DNA from: Candidatus Hydrogenedentota bacterium
GTDB taxonomy: Bacteria > Hydrogenedentota > Hydrogenedentia > Hydrogenedentales > SLHB01
Direction of reading: 5' to 3'
NCBI GenBank assembly: GCA_963668025.2
Contig: CAXXTH010000017.1
Location: 1-64,000 of the forward strand
Length of the DNA: 64,000 nucleotides
Positions 60,972 to 64,000 of this stretch are shown here, piece by piece. How positions within the stretch are numbered: position 1 is the stretch's first letter; each line of letters starts with the position of its first letter. The position numbers and the translations under genes were made by a program. The notes under the pieces were generated by a model. That model was given only the letters and a program-made list of their open reading frames with translations, did not search any database and was not told the origin of the DNA.

Positions 60972-61466
60972 ATGGTAAACAAGGGTGATAGTGTGTTGGA
61001 ACCGGGCCAGCAAGCGCCTGATTTTGAGTTGAATTCGAATAATGGCGGAACCATCCGATTATCGGGCCTCGTGGGTAAGCCCGTGGTGCTTTATTTCTAC
61101 CCGAAAGATGATACGCCAGGCTGCACCATCGAAGCCAACGGTTTTCAGCGGCATCTGCAAGCGTTCGAGGATGCAGGCGCGGTAGTGCTGGGCGTAAGCC
61201 CAGACAGTGTGAAATCCCATTGCAAGTTTGCGGAGAAGTATGCGCTGGCGTTCCACTTGCTGGCGGATGAAGCACACCACGTGGCGGAATCGTATGGCGT
61301 ATGGGTCGAGAAGAAGCGTTGCGGCCGCACGTATTGGGGAATCCAGCGGGCGACATTCCTCCTCGACGCACGCGGAAAAATCACGCATCTTTGGCACGAT
61401 GTGAAGCCGGAAGGGCATCCCGAGGAGGTGCTGTCGGCATTAAGCGGCTTAACGTCTTCGGAATGA
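60972..61466 (+). CDS. bcp: Peroxiredoxin BCP/PrxQ
   Basis: YFYPKDDTPGCTIEA, GVSPD, RATFL. Confidence 0.93.
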   Translation: MVNKGDSVLEPGQQAPDFELNSNNGGTIRLSGLVGKPVVLYFYPKDDTPGCTIEANGFQRHLQAFEDAGAVVLGVSPDSVKSHCKFAEKYALAFHLLADEAHHVAESYGVWVEKKRCGRTYWGIQRATFLLDARGKITHLWHDVKPEGHPEEVLSALSGLTSSE

Positions 61467-61533
61467 ACACGGAAATAAAAATCCCGGAGAAGCCTTTGTA
61501 TCAGGCCTCTCCGGGATTCGACAGGCATCAAGC

Positions 61534-62088
61534 TCATTGAAATCCTGGACTCGGATTAGGAACCAGGTCCGTTTCTTGGTAGTAGCTTACCCGAGGGAAT
61601 TGCTCAGGTAAATCGCCTACTTGGTTTCCATCGAAATCAAAATAATAAACCAGCGGCTTAGATTCCTTGTGGTGTAATATGAAGTTAGTAACTTTCTGAG
61701 CTTTATCCAGGCCTTCAGGATCATCTCGTGGAATAGCAGGATCAGTTGCGTACACGTCGAAGTTATAACTAACAATGACTTTGATAGGCCGTTCGAGAGA
61801 GTTTTCCATTGTAATATCTTTGATTTCAGAACCGGTAAATTCACGATACGCTTTGGCGTAGACTCCCCATGTGGGATCAATAGGATGCCCCATGCATTGA
61901 TAGAACATGGCTTCATCTTTATGTTGATATTCAAGCGGCTGGAACCGTTCAATTTCCTTTTCCGCGAGCGTGGAAGCCGCCGCCCTAATTTTTGCAATAT
62001 CGTTCGCCCCGAACTGCTTGCCGCCACATCCATAAAAGACCAATCCGATGGCTATGGCCATACAACAAATTCCCACCAACCGTTTCAT
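61534..62088 (-). CDS. Hypothetical lipoprotein (lower GC)
   Basis: Lipobox FYGC, RBS AGGAGG. Confidence 0.7.
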   Translation of the reverse strand: MKRLVGICCMAIAIGLVFYGCGGKQFGANDIAKIRAAASTLAEKEIERFQPLEYQHKDEAMFYQCMGHPIDPTWGVYAKAYREFTGSEIKDITMENSLERPIKVIVSYNFDVYATDPAIPRDDPEGLDKAQKVTNFILHHKESKPLVYYFDFDGNQVGDLPEQFPRVSYYQETDLVPNPSPGFQ

Positions 62089-62153
62089 TAAAAAACCTCC
62101 TTGAACTTATTACGCGCACATCTGTGTAAAAAAAAACGTTGCCGGAAGCTTTA

Positions 62154-62729
62154 TTACGAATGGGGATTTTCCGGCCCGCCTCCTACATAGGCGACTTTTC
62201 CCGATTCATCTTCGTATTTCTGCCCTTTGTTCATGAAGCGCAGCCGTTCTTCAAAGAAGATGCGCTTGATGCTCGAAAGTGCCTTAGGCGGCAGATTGCT
62301 CGATTTGCGGATGCCTTCGTATATGGTCCAGCGGTTCTCCGCTTCGCTGGCCACCATGAGGGCGGCCCTGTCTCGATCTCGCGACGAGCCTTCTTTTTTA
62401 TATTCCCGTGTGCGCAAGATGGATAGCATGCCGTCGCTGCGTTCCCACGCATGGCCGGAATCCAGCAAAGCCATCACGAGAGAAGAGCGGGATATGCGGG
62501 TTCGGATTGCTTGCTGCACTGCTTCATCACTCACAACAATGCCATCTATATCCTGGAATGACGCCTGGCGGTCGCCTGCGAACACCGCTTTCTCGATGGA
62601 GCGAGCGGCTTCCCGCATCGCTTGTTCATTTATATCAGAGTAATCCGCCTTTGCATGGCTGAAGACGCCTTGGACGGTCGAGCAGCCAGCCGCCGCTACA
62701 AGCAGAACGAAGCAGGTGAAATATCTCAC
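62154..62729 (-). CDS. DUF1318/YdbL-like lipoprotein
   Basis: Lipobox AAGC, E..DG.L, V..E.ENR..IY. Confidence 0.65.
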   Translation of the reverse strand: MRYFTCFVLLVAAAGCSTVQGVFSHAKADYSDINEQAMREAARSIEKAVFAGDRQASFQDIDGIVVSDEAVQQAIRTRISRSSLVMALLDSGHAWERSDGMLSILRTREYKKEGSSRDRDRAALMVASEAENRWTIYEGIRKSSNLPPKALSSIKRIFFEERLRFMNKGQKYEDESGKVAYVGGGPENPHS

Positions 62730-62884
62730 GAATCAGGCCTCCTGTGTATGCCGCAGTAAAATCGCATCTATATACCCGGTGCAACAAGACGGAAGAACAC
62801 TCCCTTCTCGTTTCTGGCGCATCCGGAATGCACTGAAGCCACATGCGCGCATAAGCGCTATTATTGCCGCCAAGCAAATGCTTG

Positions 62885-64000
62885 TCAAGATGGAGGGGCG
62901 GCAGGGACTGGCGCATTGGCCTCCGGGGGTTGGGGAGCCGCATCCGGCGCAGGCGCCATGCTGGGATTATACACATCCACAATATCGACTTGCGTGGAGC
63001 GGACGATAAGATCATAGAGTTCTTCCACGTCTTCCTTATGCATGCGCGCGCAGCCATTGGACGCGCATGTGCCGATTGTTTCGGGATGAATGGTGCCATG
63101 AATGCCCAAATCTTTAGGCAATCCCTCGGCGATTGGAACTAACGGCATCCATCGTGTACCTAGTTCATTTTCGGGAGCAAGCGGAGCTACCATGCCCGCA
63201 CCCGGTTTGTACCAGGCGGGGTCTTTTTGTTTGTTGCCTATCCGGTAGCTCCCTAATGCGGTTTCCTGGCCTGGCTTGCCAAGGCCGCAATAATAACGCT
63301 TGAACAGTCCATCTTTATCCCGCAAGAACAGCCGGCATGTCGAGCGTTCGATGATGATTTGAAAATCTTTTGGGGTGTATTTCAGGCGCTGGCCGATGTG
63401 CAAGCGGGGCTCTTCAGTTCCTAAGTTATTGGCGCGCATCAGCATGCCTTGAGTCGTATTGAGCTGGTTGCCAATCGAGGTGATGCTATCCCCTTTTTTG
63501 ACCTCGTAAATCTTGCTTTCTGGGGTAGGCTCCGGGGAAAACACGAGCGACACGTTCGCTTTTCCTAATTCGTCCAGCGCATCATTCCAATCCGCGCTGT
63601 TCCAAGGGGCGTCTTGGACGGCTTGGGCGAATAACGCATGCGCCCCCAGGGTGTCGCCGGAAGCCATGGCTTTCCGGCCCTGTTCGACTAGTGCGGGAGC
63701 GCGCAAATCTGGCGGCGCTGTGTCGCGGACGCGCTGAAGAAGCGCCGCGGCTTCCTCGGCCCGCCCACTCTTCTCGAGCAAGCGGGCATAAACGACTTGG
63801 GCGCGGGCCAAGCTTGGGCTGGATGGAAATTCCTCAACCGCGCGCTTCAGGTTTGCAAGGGCTTGTTCCGTCTCACCAGCGGAACTCTGAATCTGAGCCA
63901 GCAGCATAAGGGCTTCGGGGGTTACGCCGGAACTTTTTACGATGGATTCGAGCAGCGGGCGCGCTTGCCCCCCATTTCCTTCCTCGATCCATTTTTGGGC
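62885..64000 (-). CDS. L,D-transpeptidase with TPR-like and LysM domains, 5'-partial
   Basis: LysM YEVKKGDSI; YkuD LGTRWM..GIHGT..ASNGCARM; frame open to the window edge. Confidence 0.92.
   Translation of the reverse strand, partial: AQKWIEEGNGGQARPLLESIVKSSGVTPEALMLLAQIQSSAGETEQALANLKRAVEEFPSSPSLARAQVVYARLLEKSGRAEEAAALLQRVRDTAPPDLRAPALVEQGRKAMASGDTLGAHALFAQAVQDAPWNSADWNDALDELGKANVSLVFSPEPTPESKIYEVKKGDSITSIGNQLNTTQGMLMRANNLGTEEPRLHIGQRLKYTPKDFQIIIERSTCRLFLRDKDGLFKRYYCGLGKPGQETALGSYRIGNKQKDPAWYKPGAGMVAPLAPENELGTRWMPLVPIAEGLPKDLGIHGTIHPETIGTCASNGCARMHKEDVEELYDLIVRSTQVDIVDVYNPSMAPAPDAAPQPPEANAPVPAAPPS

Overview
Bacterial DNA that appears to be a two-source join. Bases 1-~4000 carry pntA (partial), aceK and a monomeric-type NADP isocitrate dehydrogenase, with about nine frameshifts in 4 kb, as expected of unpolished long-read sequence. 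The icd is cut mid-gene at ~4000, where an N-terminally truncated multiheme cytochrome begins. The remaining ~60 kb is nearly indel-free chromosome of a different, diderm, probably anaerobic organism; gene content suggests Ca. Hydrogenedentota or a PVC-like lineage (inference only). It holds housekeeping genes (mdh, pncA-pncB, gdhA, PPi-type pfk, uppP, gap, pgk, rpsO, pnp, dut, bcp), two glycosylation clusters, a Tat-Gfo/Idh/MocA + DUF1080 glycoside-oxidation operon, a sigma-54-driven PEP-CTERM gene, a histone H1-like gene and several REP/MITE-like repeat families. The most interesting elements are: (i) a cluster coupling a multiheme cytochrome c, an FdnI-like cytochrome b, a discoidin protein, a TIGR03663 GT-C glycosyltransferase and ApbE; (ii) a low-GC islet with a TIGR04255 / small ORF / PemK-like operon beside a decayed phage virion-protein gene; (iii) an unannotated 48-aa ORF with its own promoter, RBS and terminator; (iv) solitary low-GC, defence-like genes inserted among core genes. 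No rRNA, tRNA or CRISPR array was seen. All family calls come from motif recognition by eye, not database searches.
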